A stretch of 64,000 nucleotides of DNA, taken from the IMG/VR virus record IMGVR_UViG_3300045988_087184; one strand, 5' to 3'. The stretch's first letter is position 1; every line of letters starts with the position of its first letter. This DNA is from a virus. Under the pieces are notes generated by a model. That model worked only from the letters and a program-made list of their open reading frames with translations, was not told where the DNA came from and searched no databases. The position numbers and the translations under genes were made by a program. Positions 17,206 through 28,500 of this stretch are shown here, piece by piece.

Positions 17206-17979
17206 ATGGACAACACTTCTATTTCCTACATGGAACAGATGGGTACTCGTGGTATGCTGAACCACGGTGCAACCATTGTTCAGACAGAAGGTAAGGTCGG
17301 TGGAACCCGATACGTGTTTGCAGGCCTTGAGGCACTCATCAAGAATGCCTTCGTTCACCCACCTATTGGTGGTAAGCTTGTCAACCCATTCAAGGGGCAG
17401 GCTAAGATTTATGCCGGTGACTTGATCGAGCACGACCTTGGCTTTACAGCAGGCAACGAAGGTCCTGGTGCTACCATTAAGATTCTGAAGGCATACGGTG
17501 TAGCAAAGGCTACTACTGCGGCTACAGACACAGACATCTATATCGTTCGTAACGGATTCGTTCACATTCCGTTCCCTGGCGATACCATCATGATCGGTCA
17601 GAAGGACTTTAAGACAAAAGCAAAGGGTGTGACTGTTTCTGCCGTTGAGGCTACGACTGACGACACCGCAGGTGATGTTTGGAAGGTTACTCTTTCTGCC
17701 GCTCTCGGCACATTGAAGGTAGGTGACGTATTGGTTGAGGCTGCAAGTGCAGGCGAATCCGTATTGCCTATGGTGACCAACCCTAACTGCTTTGCTCCGA
17801 ACGACAATGACTTCCCTTATTTCGATGCCGGCGGCGACAAGTACCACAAGCCTCGTACAAACATCAACTTCTGTATGTTGAATCCAGACTGCGTTATGTG
17901 GCTTGACCGTATGGGTCCTGTTCCTCCTGCTGTCAAGGCGATGAACAAGTCACTCTACCCAGAGTTCTGGCATATTTAA
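17206..17979 (+). CDS. head structural protein (function unknown)
   Basis: 257 aa, located between the scaffold and the putative major capsid gene. Confidence 0.5.
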   Translation: MDNTSISYMEQMGTRGMLNHGATIVQTEGKVGGTRYVFAGLEALIKNAFVHPPIGGKLVNPFKGQAKIYAGDLIEHDLGFTAGNEGPGATIKILKAYGVAKATTAATDTDIYIVRNGFVHIPFPGDTIMIGQKDFKTKAKGVTVSAVEATTDDTAGDVWKVTLSAALGTLKVGDVLVEAASAGESVLPMVTNPNCFAPNDNDFPYFDAGGDKYHKPRTNINFCMLNPDCVMWLDRMGPVPPAVKAMNKSLYPEFWHI

Positions 17980-18014
17980 CCTATTGTATAACGTAAAAAG
18001 ATTGATTCAGGATT

Positions 18015-19196
18015 ATGGCAAAAATTGATATTGGTGTCGAGCAGCTTGCGAAGTTCTTCACTGGTAAGGGCAACAACACTTACCTTCAGAAGTTCATCAA
18101 TCGCGACGGCGTACTTCGCTGTAACAACGGCTGGTATCTGACACAGGGTGACATCGATCCAAACCTCACCCCTACATCTAATAATGGCGACGCAACCTTC
18201 AAGGTTCGTCTTCGCAAATTGAACCCTGCAACCTTGATGAGCCTCCGTGCTCCTCTCGGCGAGGGCTATCAGAACGACCACGAGGGTATTGAGTGGTATA
18301 CCGCTTCAATCCCAGACTTCGCTGCTGACGGCTTCCGTGAGACTGCGACAGAGCGTTACCACAAGATGCAGCTTCTCCGGGATGAGTTCGGCAACGATGC
18401 AGACCTGGTTGATGCTTATCTCGACAAGGTTCAGATATTGTATGACTCTCTTGACATGACTATGAACTACATGTCAGCCCAGTTGAGTTCTAAGGGTATC
18501 ATCGACTACGACAAGATTGGTCGCGGTATCCAGGAGTCTCTGTATGACGCAAAGGTTCCTGCAAAGAACTTCAAGAAGGCAGGCAAGCTTGCCTGGAGCG
18601 ACGCAAACTGCGACTTGCTTGAACAGATGCGTAAGTTTGAGGAGGATTGGCGCAATGAGAATATCGAGTACCGCAGTGTACCTCTCGTATGGCAGATGAC
18701 CAAGAACGACTACAACAACGTATTCTTGAAGAACAAGCAGATTGCCGAGCTGTACAAGAGCTGGGCGAACGCTAACTTTGTGGCAGTATTGCAGAACTAC
18801 GGTCCGAACAACGCAATGTTCCTGAAGTCTGTTGTTGACCTCAATGGTCTTTCTCCTATCGAGATTGTCGATGAGGTTGAGCACAACAAGCGCTTCGATG
18901 GAACCGTTACCGAGATTCGTGGTTGGGCAGACGGAACAGTCGTTCTTCGCCCTGCTGGCAAGCCATTGCGTTTCATGCGCAAGGAGATTCTCGACAAGCG
19001 AATCTTCGATGCCCTCGGCAACAAGCTCGTAGATGTAGCATGGGCACAGACCAACAACGGTCTCGGTCTTCTCCGTAACATGGTTACCGCTAACGGTATG
19101 TTCCAGGAGTTCAAGACAGACTTGTTCCTTGCTTCCGTTCCTGCTATGCTCGATTCTCCTTACCGTTGGATTATCGACATCACCCAGAAGGGTTAA
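18015..19196 (+). CDS. major capsid protein (putative)
   Basis: 393 aa. The call rests on size and position in the head module only. Confidence 0.55.
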   Translation: MAKIDIGVEQLAKFFTGKGNNTYLQKFINRDGVLRCNNGWYLTQGDIDPNLTPTSNNGDATFKVRLRKLNPATLMSLRAPLGEGYQNDHEGIEWYTASIPDFAADGFRETATERYHKMQLLRDEFGNDADLVDAYLDKVQILYDSLDMTMNYMSAQLSSKGIIDYDKIGRGIQESLYDAKVPAKNFKKAGKLAWSDANCDLLEQMRKFEEDWRNENIEYRSVPLVWQMTKNDYNNVFLKNKQIAELYKSWANANFVAVLQNYGPNNAMFLKSVVDLNGLSPIEIVDEVEHNKRFDGTVTEIRGWADGTVVLRPAGKPLRFMRKEILDKRIFDALGNKLVDVAWAQTNNGLGLLRNMVTANGMFQEFKTDLFLASVPAMLDSPYRWIIDITQKG

Positions 19197-19218
19197 TTCT
19201 TTAACGTAACTAGATTGT

Positions 19219-19653
19219 ATGACTATGGATTCGGAGATGAACATTTACACTGTGAACGACTACCTTATTAATAAGGTGAAGTTCGAGATGCCGATGAAGG
19301 CACTGCTGGGCATCATGCACGACAGGGAGCTTGAAAATGGCATCGACCTCGAAGCCTGCGACAAGGACAAGGTAAGACTTGCCTATGCCGACATGCTGAA
19401 ATGGTTTGTTCTTGGTCCGAGCAAGGTGAACAACACCTCCGATTCCGATAACGGATGGACTCATTCGGGAGGTGGCTACGATATGTCGGACAACGACAGG
19501 AGCGAGATGAAGGCAGAGGCTAACGCTATCTATGCAGAGCTGGAGCCTGATTCGATGCTCAAGAAGAAGTCCACCTTCCGGTTGACCTCCCACGGAGTAA
19601 AGAGGGCGAATTATTCTCCTTGGGGAGAACCTCTCCCTCACATCATCAAATAA
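19219..19653 (+). CDS. head-tail joining module protein (144 aa)
   Basis: Track ORF, placed by position only. Confidence 0.5.
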   Translation: MTMDSEMNIYTVNDYLINKVKFEMPMKALLGIMHDRELENGIDLEACDKDKVRLAYADMLKWFVLGPSKVNNTSDSDNGWTHSGGGYDMSDNDRSEMKAEANAIYAELEPDSMLKKKSTFRLTSHGVKRANYSPWGEPLPHIIK

Positions 19654-19658
19654 GGCGT

Positions 19659-20036
19659 ATGGAAAAGGAAAACATCAGAAACCCAAGATACCCTCACATC
19701 ATCAAGATCGTGAGGAAGGTCGTCGGAAAAGCCGACCCTGATGACCCGTTTGCCGATGATGATGCTCCAGTTGGTGAGGACAAGGAAATCATTCTCTACT
19801 ATGGCGAAGGCCGCAGCTACACCGATACCACAACAGAGGGAGACAAAAATGTCGACCAGAACAAGAGGAAGGCATCGATTCCGGTCAGATATGACGAATG
19901 GGATGCTGAAAGATGTCCTCTTGACGGCGACACCATCTACTCCACTGTCGGCAACAATACCGAGGTAGGTATGGTCAAGGACTGCGAGCCGGATAATAAC
20001 AGGACTGTCGTTTACTGGAATCTCACTAGGGTTTAG
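19659..20036 (+). CDS. head-tail joining module protein (125 aa)
   Basis: ATG 19659 (MEKENIRN) within track ORF 19620..20036. Confidence 0.5.
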   Translation: MEKENIRNPRYPHIIKIVRKVVGKADPDDPFADDDAPVGEDKEIILYYGEGRSYTDTTTEGDKNVDQNKRKASIPVRYDEWDAERCPLDGDTIYSTVGNNTEVGMVKDCEPDNNRTVVYWNLTRV

Positions 20037-20039
20037 GTT

Positions 20040-20612
20040 ATGGTAAAATACTTTAGCGGAAAGCGTCTGTCTCTTGGAGCGCAGTTCGAGCATCAGATTA
20101 AGCCAAGGGTCGAAAAGCTGGCGTATGACAAGATGCTTGCGATTATGCAGGAACTTGCTCACAGAACCGTCAACTATTTCAAAGAGAACAGGACGTTCTA
20201 CAATATCACCGGTAACGCATATACTTCGTTCTATGCAGCAGTGTATTACAAAGGAAAGCTCATTTACATGGTGCGTGCCTCGAAGGGTGAAAAAGCACCA
20301 ACGCGAGTAACCCTGGCAGAAGGAGAGAAATACAATCTCCCATTCTACTACGACGGAGGAGAAAACAAAGGCTACACCGGTTCAGTCGGTGGCGGTCACC
20401 AGTGGGGTCCAAACCTTCTATACGGACGTATCGGAAAGGTGAAATCTACCGGGAAAGACTGGGCACTCGTTGCGATATGTCCTGTTGAATATGCAGTATT
20501 CGATAAGGAGAACCGCATTTTCGAGACAGTTTACAACACATACGAGTCTCTTCCGGATATGTTCGATGCCTGCGTAGTGTACGCCAATAGTTCAACTTTT
20601 AACAAACTGTAA
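20040..20612 (+). CDS. head-tail joining module protein (190 aa)
   Basis: Track ORF, placed by position only. Confidence 0.5.
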   Translation: MVKYFSGKRLSLGAQFEHQIKPRVEKLAYDKMLAIMQELAHRTVNYFKENRTFYNITGNAYTSFYAAVYYKGKLIYMVRASKGEKAPTRVTLAEGEKYNLPFYYDGGENKGYTGSVGGGHQWGPNLLYGRIGKVKSTGKDWALVAICPVEYAVFDKENRIFETVYNTYESLPDMFDACVVYANSSTFNKL

Positions 20613-20615
20613 GCT

Positions 20616-21023
20616 ATGGTAGATATCAAGCAGATATATTTCGACTTAGGAAACGCCGTAAAGGGTATATGCGACAAGGTGTACCCTAGGAATCGTCCTA
20701 AGGCCGTGGATACCAAAATAGGTAGCTACATCGTCGTAAGTGCTCCGTACACAATCAGGAACAACGAGATGAACTATGATGGCTCCTACAACGACTATAC
20801 TACCACTATCCAGATAGAGGTGTATGTAAGAGATAAGGCCTCCTCGGCGAATCCTAATGGTTTCAGTCCTGCGGAAATGGATAAGAAAGTCAAGGCGGTC
20901 CTCGAAAGATTCCCGATTTCTACAGACAACATCATCGTTACTAGACCGAACGTTGCTATCCAGGCTGACGACGGCGCAGGTTTTTCCGTGACAATCATAC
21001 AGGGAAGGTTACGTACTAGATAA
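20616..21023 (+). CDS. tail completion or terminator-position protein (135 aa)
   Basis: Track ORF, placed by position only. Confidence 0.45.
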   Translation: MVDIKQIYFDLGNAVKGICDKVYPRNRPKAVDTKIGSYIVVSAPYTIRNNEMNYDGSYNDYTTTIQIEVYVRDKASSANPNGFSPAEMDKKVKAVLERFPISTDNIIVTRPNVAIQADDGAGFSVTIIQGRLRTR

Positions 21024-21058
21024 GTATTCAGGTATAACAATTTAAAATATTTTAGATT

Positions 21059-21661
21059 ATGGCTATGACAACTATTGACAAGATGAAGGACATTTTCAAT
21101 GGTCCTAAAACTCTGCTCTACTCAAAGGCTATTACCGATTTGAGCAAGGCTACAGTTGACATCACCCCAGAGGTCGAGCTTCCGGTTACCGTTGACTCGC
21201 TGAAGGCGACTATGGATGACCCAACCATCAACCACTACAAGGTTATCGGTCTTGCTGGTGACTGGGCAACTACCGCAGAGCTCGGCGACTTCAACGTAGA
21301 GTTCGTTGTTCCTTCAAAGGCAAAGGACTTGCTGACAATTATGTTCGGCGAGGATGCTATCACCGAGCTGACAAAAGTTACTCTGAAGGGTACAGGTGAT
21401 GCTACTCTCGACGCTACTACCGGCTTTACAGGTATCGCTGTTGAGCCTAAGAAGTTCAAGATCAAGGGCACTATCGTTATCGTTGACGACGAGAAGGAGA
21501 ACCTCATGGTTATTACCAACATCGCTCTCTACGCTACATTGCAGTGGGATAACTCCGGTACTGAGCCTGTTGCGTTTAAGTTCTCAGGTTCTATCGAGGG
21601 TGCAGGTAAGCGCAGCATCGCTTGGCTTACTAAGGCTCCAGCTCCCGGTATTGGCGGTTAA
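21059..21661 (+). CDS. major tail protein (putative)
   Basis: 200 aa, the last gene before the chaperone and tape-measure genes, followed by a strong terminator. Confidence 0.55.
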   Translation: MAMTTIDKMKDIFNGPKTLLYSKAITDLSKATVDITPEVELPVTVDSLKATMDDPTINHYKVIGLAGDWATTAELGDFNVEFVVPSKAKDLLTIMFGEDAITELTKVTLKGTGDATLDATTGFTGIAVEPKKFKIKGTIVIVDDEKENLMVITNIALYATLQWDNSGTEPVAFKFSGSIEGAGKRSIAWLTKAPAPGIGG

Positions 21662-21706
21662 TCAAGTAAGGCTTCTTTAGGTAATTAGATTCAGGATAAC
21701 AAACCG

Positions 21707-21753
21707 TAGGGCGGCAGGCTAGTCGACAGCCGTGCCGCCCTATCTCATTTTTT
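21707..21753 (+). terminator. rho-independent terminator or attenuator after the major tail gene
   Basis: 10-bp GC-rich stem TAGGGCGGCA/TGCCGCCCTA followed by TCTCATTTTTT. Confidence 0.7.
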
Positions 21754-21767
21754 AATAGCATACAATC

Positions 21768-22226
21768 ATGGCAGAAGAAAAGAAAATTGAGCAGCCTTCG
21801 GTGGACTTGCAGAAGTTGCTCGACAGCGTACTGCACGACGAGCCTACCGAGTTCGTGTTCCGTGGAAAGAAGCACAAGCTCGGCTGGCTTCGCAAGGGAA
21901 CCATGAGCAGGTGTTCTCATATCAGGGCTAAGGAGAAGAACGAATGGAAGCGCAACGTCAAGATTTGCGTCTGCATCCTTCTCAACAACATCTGGAAGAT
22001 TCGGTTCCTGTATTGGATCTACTGGCGTTGGCTCTACTACATCAAGGATGTGGATGTGGCCGAGGTTCTGAGAGTTCTCGATGTTTCTAAAAAAAAAATT
22101 CCATCGAACGCATTCTCACTGGCTACCATATTAGCGACCGGGATGACGGACGTGATGATGACGATGACGAGGAGCGAAGCAAAAGCTATCCAAGCAGAAC
22201 AAGCTGGGGAGCAGCCTTCTCACTAG
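21768..22226 (+). CDS. tail assembly chaperone (gpG-like)
   Basis: 152 aa, immediately upstream of the tape measure gene, containing an A10 slippery run. Confidence 0.65.
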   Translation: MAEEKKIEQPSVDLQKLLDSVLHDEPTEFVFRGKKHKLGWLRKGTMSRCSHIRAKEKNEWKRNVKICVCILLNNIWKIRFLYWIYWRWLYYIKDVDVAEVLRVLDVSKKKIPSNAFSLATILATGMTDVMMTMTRSEAKAIQAEQAGEQPSH

Positions 22227-22495
22227 CGGAGAAGTTCGGCTTCCTCTTTCAGCGCAAGTACTTCATCGCAGCATACGACTACTGGTGGGGCTATTCATCG
22301 GCGCAGATTGACCTCATGGTTGCAGACCAGCCTCTTGTCGTCTATCCAAAGACCAAGAAGGAAGGCGGTCCGAAGAAGCACACCAAGAAGGAGATGGATG
22401 ACCTCTACGACAGGTGGATGGAGAAAAAGAAGAATGAGGGAAGCCTCATCGGCAAGAAGATTAGTCTTGCTGATTACTTAAACAATAAACTCTAA
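21768..22495 (+). CDS. tail assembly chaperone -1 frameshift product (gpGT-like)
   Basis: The -1 frame is closed by TAA at 22088-90. It is open from 22091, inside the A10 run, to TAA at 22493-95. Confidence 0.6.
22089..22098 (+). promoter_or_regulatory. slippery A10 tract (A AAA AAA type -1 frameshift site)
   Basis: Ten consecutive A residues, read in frame as AAA AAA AAA. Confidence 0.6.
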
Positions 22496-22513
22496 TTTTA
22501 AAATATTCAGGAT

Positions 22514-25500
22514 ATGGCAGGTGGAAATTTAGGTGACTTGTGGTTTGACTTAAACATTAAAGACAGCAATGTGAGGTCAAAACTGAAAGAAATTTCAGAA
22601 GGACTTTCGGAGTTGGATCTAAAAACTGAGTCTGGAAGAAAGTCTGCTGAGAAGTTATTTAAGAACTTTAACAGAGAGAATAGCAAAGAAATCGCTGAGG
22701 ATTTTAAAAATATAGCGGCCCAAATGGGCATTCAGGCTCAGGAAACTGCAAATCTCAGCAAAAGACTGAAGGAGTTATCGGAACTAAAAACAGACATTCT
22801 TCGTAGAGACAAGGAACAATCCGAGCACGGTAACTTTGTTGCGATGAAAAATGAAGCGCAGGCTGCACTTGATTTAACAAATAGATACAAAGAACTTGCC
22901 AAGTTAAAAGAAGATATCTTAAGACGCGACAAGGAAATGGATGCTCAAGGGGCTTTCGTGACGCTTGTTAACGAATCGAAACAGGCGCAGGAACTTAATG
23001 AGCGTTACAGGGAAATGCAGCAACTGAAATCCGCGATTTTGGAGCGAGACAGACAGTCAACCGAGCACGGCAACTTTGTTGCGATGAAAAATGAAGCGCA
23101 GGCTGCACAGGAGTTAGCTGTCAGGGAAAGAGAACTCGCTGAGTTGCGAAATGCTATCGTACGCCGTAATGAAGAAATGATTGCTGCCGAAAATAGGCTA
23201 AGAGAAGCGACGGAGCGAACTAACCAGGCTAGAAGAGAAGCAATTTCTGTATCTAGGAAACAGGCAGAATCCCTTGTACGTGATAGAGCTAAGGAACTTG
23301 AAGCACAAAGACAACAGATTCAAGGTTTATTTGGAAGTGGAAAGAATGTATTAAGTACGCAAGAGTTAATGCAACTTCAACAGGCATTCTCGCAAATTAC
23401 GAAAGAGCTTAATACATCGCGCAGTGCGATGAATAATCTTGGTAGTTATTCTATCAAAGATTTATTCTCTATAGGCAGAGGAACAAGCGAATATACTCCA
23501 CTGATAAACAGTATGCGAACTGTAATTGATCAAAAACAGGAAGCGATAAACCTTGAGCGAAAACATCAAGAAGAGATAACGAGAACGGCTGCAAAGGCAC
23601 GAAACGACCTTGCAGCAGCATTCGCCGGAGCAAACGCTGAAGCGAAGAAGATGCAATCCATAGTCGGAGACATCAAGTCTCTCTTCTTACAGGGAGGTAT
23701 TGTCTTTGGCGCGCAGCAATTCTTTAATTCAATCGTACAGACCGGTGGTGAGATTGTTCAGCAGCATGTTGCGTTACGCTCCATCCTTGGTGATGTACAG
23801 AAGGCTGACGAGCTGTTCGCTCAGACTCAGCAGCTTGCGTTGCAGTCTCCATTCAAGTTTGGAGAGCTGAACCGAGATGTAAAGCAGCTGGCTGCATTCG
23901 GAGTTGAGGCGAATGACTTGTATGATACCACAAAGCGACTTGCTGATATCGCATCAGGTCTTGGCGTGTCTTTCGAACGACTTGGCTTGGCTTATGGTCA
24001 GGTTAAGGCCCGTTCTTGGCTTGACGGTAAGGAATTACGCCAGTTTGCTTACGCTGGACTTCCACTCTTACAGAGAATTACGGAGCTTTACAATTCAGAA
24101 GGAAAGAACGGAAGGAACAATTATACACAGGCAGATGTCAAGAAGATGATTACTGCTAGACAAGTAAGCTTTGAGGATGTCCAGAAAGTGCTTTGGAAGA
24201 TGACGGATGAAGGCGGTCAGTTCTACAATATGCAGTTCGTCTTATCAGAGACATTACTTGGTCGCTGGAACAAGCTCATTGATGCCTGGGATATTATGCT
24301 AGGAAAGTTCGCAGAAGGCAAGAATATCGTCGGAGGTACTTTCTCGTTCATCATAAATAGAGTAACCGACCTTGTGTTAGCTTTGGACAAGCTGTCTCCT
24401 GCCCTTCTTTCATTCGGAGCGGTGTTTGCTGCAAGGAAGCTCGGCGGTATGGCTTATTCTAAGATGGGTATTGGATCACTTGCTAAGAGTTATACTCAGC
24501 AGATGAATGCCCAGTTAAAGTCTTATGCTATCGAACAGCAGCAACTTGTTGTGGAAGGAGAGATTACGCAGAAGATTGCCCAGCAGAATGTATTCAAGAA
24601 AGCTGCTATTCTGTCGGAAAAGCAATCGCTTGTCGCGAGTTACAATAGGGCTGCACTCGAAGGAAGAATGTCCGTATTGCAGATGCAACGAGCAGTCAAG
24701 GAAGGCTTGGTTTCTAAGGAGATAATTAGTCAGCTCGCATTGATGGGACAAATAACCGCCAAACAAGAGCAAATCATCTTGAATGGAGGCAGAATGTCTG
24801 CCGTATGGAGCATGACAACTTCAAAGATTGGAGGATTTGTCAACGCCATCGGTGGCTGGTGGGGAATCGGCATTACGACTATCACTTCATTGTTGATGGG
24901 GTACAATCAATGGTCAAGTCGAGTAAAGGAAGAAGAAAAGACGTTGATTGATGGAGCTAAGCAGAAATCCAAAAGTTACGGAGATTTTCTGTCTGGATTA
25001 GGTCCAAAAGATGCGTCCAACCTTTCTTCGCAAGTTGACTCGATGAAGGAGATTCTGAAAAGTTCAGATGACTACACGGATTCTATCAAGCAGCAGGTTG
25101 AAAGCGCAGGAAGCCTGTCAAAACAATACGACATACTCAAAGAAAAAATTGAGGATGCGAAAAAAGCGAATGATGGCTTAGCTGATAAATATGGAGTTAT
25201 AACGAATAACGCAACTTCAGCAACAGGTCTTGTTAGCGACAACCTATTCGATATGATCGGAGCTGATACTCCACAATGGTTACAGTGGTTGAATGGACTC
25301 ACGAACGATGATATTGCAAAGAATGTGGAGCAAGCACAAGAATCTCTATCTAAGTTCCAGGTGATGTTCGACGAGCTCGACTCTAGTACAAAGGCCAAAA
25401 TGGAGGATTTTATCCGGTCTTTGATGGAAAGCAACGAAGAGCTAGCAAACCAAATCAAGGGTCTGCCCCTTACTGAGCAGATTAGAATGCTTGCGGCTAT

Positions 25501-28500
25501 TGGCGGAGATGATTGGGAAAAATTTGTCGACAAGTTTGCAAATGGAAGCAAGGAGACAGAAAACTGGTTAAAGGAACTTGCGGAAAGAGCGAAGGATTCT
25601 AGCGATGATGTGTCCGAAATAATGTATGACGACGTGCCGAGAGGACTTGAGTCCGTCAGAAAACAGCTCGGATTGTCTCAAGATCAATTCCGAACGTGGG
25701 CAAAACGAAACCCTGAGATTTTCGCCAGTATGATGGATAAGATGGCACAGAAGGCAAATATTACAAGTAAAACCATCTTGTATTATTTTCATTCGGCTAT
25801 CAGTAAGCTCATGGATATGAACTTTTGGCCAGGCGACAGTGGTAACGGAAAGAAAGGAAAGCCTTCTTACAACTCTGGCGTGAACACTCCTTTCTCTGAG
25901 ATTATAAGGCAAAGACTTCATAAGAACGGAACTTTCACTGGAAACAAAAAGAAAGGTAAGTTTTGGACGAGAGAGGTTGATAATGCGTTAAGACAAGTGC
26001 AAGACCAGTCTTTCGAGACCACAGGTGAGAATATTCGTAAGGAGCTCAAGGCTGCGAGAAACGAACTTGACACGATAGTCAATGGAAAAGTAAGCAAGAA
26101 TTCTTCTGAGTACAAGAATGCTAAACACAAGTACGATTTGTGGAAAGCTATCGCTGACGCAGGTTACATATCTGACGATCTTGGAAAGAACAAGGTTACG
26201 GGTAACTTTGGGAAAGGCAAAAACAAGAATGGTCGCGAAGAAGACGCTGAGCTCAAGCGTTTACAGGAGCGTCTAAGCAGTCTTAAGTCTGCAAGACAGA
26301 TGTACCAGAAGTACAAGAGCATCATGCCGAACGAAGAGGCAAAGAAGAAGACTTACAATCTCTTCCCAGAGGTTACCGGTCTTAATCTTGACGACTATCA
26401 GAAGGCTGTTCATTCTCTCCTTGAAGGATTCAGCATAAATACCACAGAGAGAAAGAAGTTCCAGACATCCATCTATCGCGAGGTCGCAGAGTGGCTCTTC
26501 GATGAGAAGGATAAAAAGGAGTATGAAAAGAAGGCGGCTGATTTCAGCGAGTCTATGAACAAACTGTCTGAGCGATGGGATTTGTATAAGAGTCTTCTTG
26601 AAAAAACTGGTAGCAAATTCTTTGCTGAGTCGGCATGGGTTGACGCATTCCAGATGGATGACAAGGTACAATCTCTTATGGACGAGTATTACGCTCACTA
26701 CCATGAGATATTCAATCTTCAGGATTCTCTAAGCATGACTGACGGAGAAGCTAAGGAAAAGCTTAAGCTACCAAATCAGTACGAAGAGTGGAAAAAGATT
26801 ACACAACTCCTCCGTGGTAATTATGTTAAGTCTTTGCAAGATGCCGCCGATATCATCGAGAAGACAGAAGATTACGAGGACAAGATTCTTAAGATTCGAC
26901 AGGATTACGATAAACTTATCAAGAAGACGAATGATCCTGGTATCAAGGCGAGATATGAGATTCAGAGAGACAAGGAGATTGGTCAGGTTAAACTCGACAA
27001 GTTCAAGAACTCTTCTGATTATCTCAATTTCTACGGAGCCATCGTCTCTCTCGGCATGGATAAGGCTCAGACTATCGGGGCTAGAATCAGGCAGAATATC
27101 AACGAGGCTCTGCAAAACGGAGCTATCGATGCGAGAGAGTACGCCAAGGAAATCAAGCAGCTTGATGAGCAGTTATCGAAGCTGACGAGTCCAAAGAAGA
27201 CTTTCCTCAATGGAGGTCTGAAGGGAATGGCTGAGCAGAAGATTTCTGATGCCAGCGAGCAGATGACCATCGCAGCAAGTAAAATTGCTGAAGGCAAGAA
27301 GGTTCGCGAACTTGGCCTCAAAATGGGAGACGAAAACTTCATCAAGCGTGGGGGCAGCATGATTGCCAGCGGAAAGGCTATGATGAAGGCTGCTGAGATT
27401 CTGTTTAAGGACGGAACAAAAGCAAAAGAGTCTCTTGATAAGTTTGCTAACGTAGTAAGCATTATCGACCAGAATGTCCAGGGAATGAGTGAAGCATTCA
27501 ATGACATCAAAGAGACTGCTTCCCTTCTCGGAGCTGACACTGAGTCTGATGGATGGCAGGACGCTTCTGCGTTCTTCGAGACATTCTCCGGCATGTCAAG
27601 TTCACTGTCAAAGGTGGTAACAAGCGCGGAGTCCGGCAACGTTGGTGGAATCCTTGCCGGTGTAACTGGTATATTTACCTCACCTATAAAGGCGTTTGCA
27701 AAGGCTCATGATGCCAAGCTCGACCGACAGATAAAGCTTGCAGAGAGACAGCTGAATGAGTTAAAGAACTTATCTAGTAATATTAGTTCTGTCATCGAGA
27801 AGACCCTTGGAGGAATCTATTCTTACGAAAGGTCTTCTGATACAACTAAAAAGCTCAACGATGTAAAGAATGACTATAAGGCTTGGGAGGCTTATTCCAA
27901 GACCGATACGGGCAAGGCTTTCTTCGGTGGCAAGAACTTAAGCCGCTACAGCAAGGAGACCTATGATACTGTGATGAAGACAGAGACGAATCCTTCCGCA
28001 TACGCAGACCAGCTCGCCCTACTCCACGCTCAGGAAGACGAGTTGAGAAAGCAGAGGCAAGCCGAGGAGGACAAGAAAAAGACGGATAAGGATAAACTCG
28101 CCGACTACGACCAGCAATTCAAGGAGATGCAGTTGCAGATTAAGACGTTCGCACAGGACTTTCTGAAAGACGTTTACTCCATCGATATGAAGAGCTGGGC
28201 AAGTACTCTTACAGATACTATCGTAAGCGCATGGGCTAAAGGCGAGGATGCGGTAGATGCCTACAGGGAGAAGGTGAAGGATATGGTTCGCGATGTTACG
28301 AAGAATATCGTAACTCAGAAAATCATGGAAAAGGCGCTCGAAAAACCTCTAGAATGGCTTACGTCCGTTCTTGACAAGAAGGGTCAGCTCGATGAGACCG
28401 ACATGGATAAGTTTGCAAAGCTCCTTAATGAAGTTGGAGAAAAGGTAGCTCCTCAAATAACCGGACTCTTTGATGCAATGAAGAATAATGGATTTGATAT

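Noticed and set aside
19636-19704. 14-nt direct repeat CCTCACATCATCAA encoding PHIIK at the end of one gene (19636-49) and near the start of the next (19691-704).
   Set aside because: It is short and could be chance or a small duplication at a gene boundary. I could derive no functional inference.
22224-22226. TAG read-through or stop-codon recoding to join the chaperone ORF to downstream sequence, considered because of the possible CUA tRNA-like gene.
   Set aside because: The in-frame continuation after TAG gives an Arg/Ser-rich nonsense-looking peptide. The -1 frame gives a protein-like sequence and opens exactly at the A10 slippery tract.
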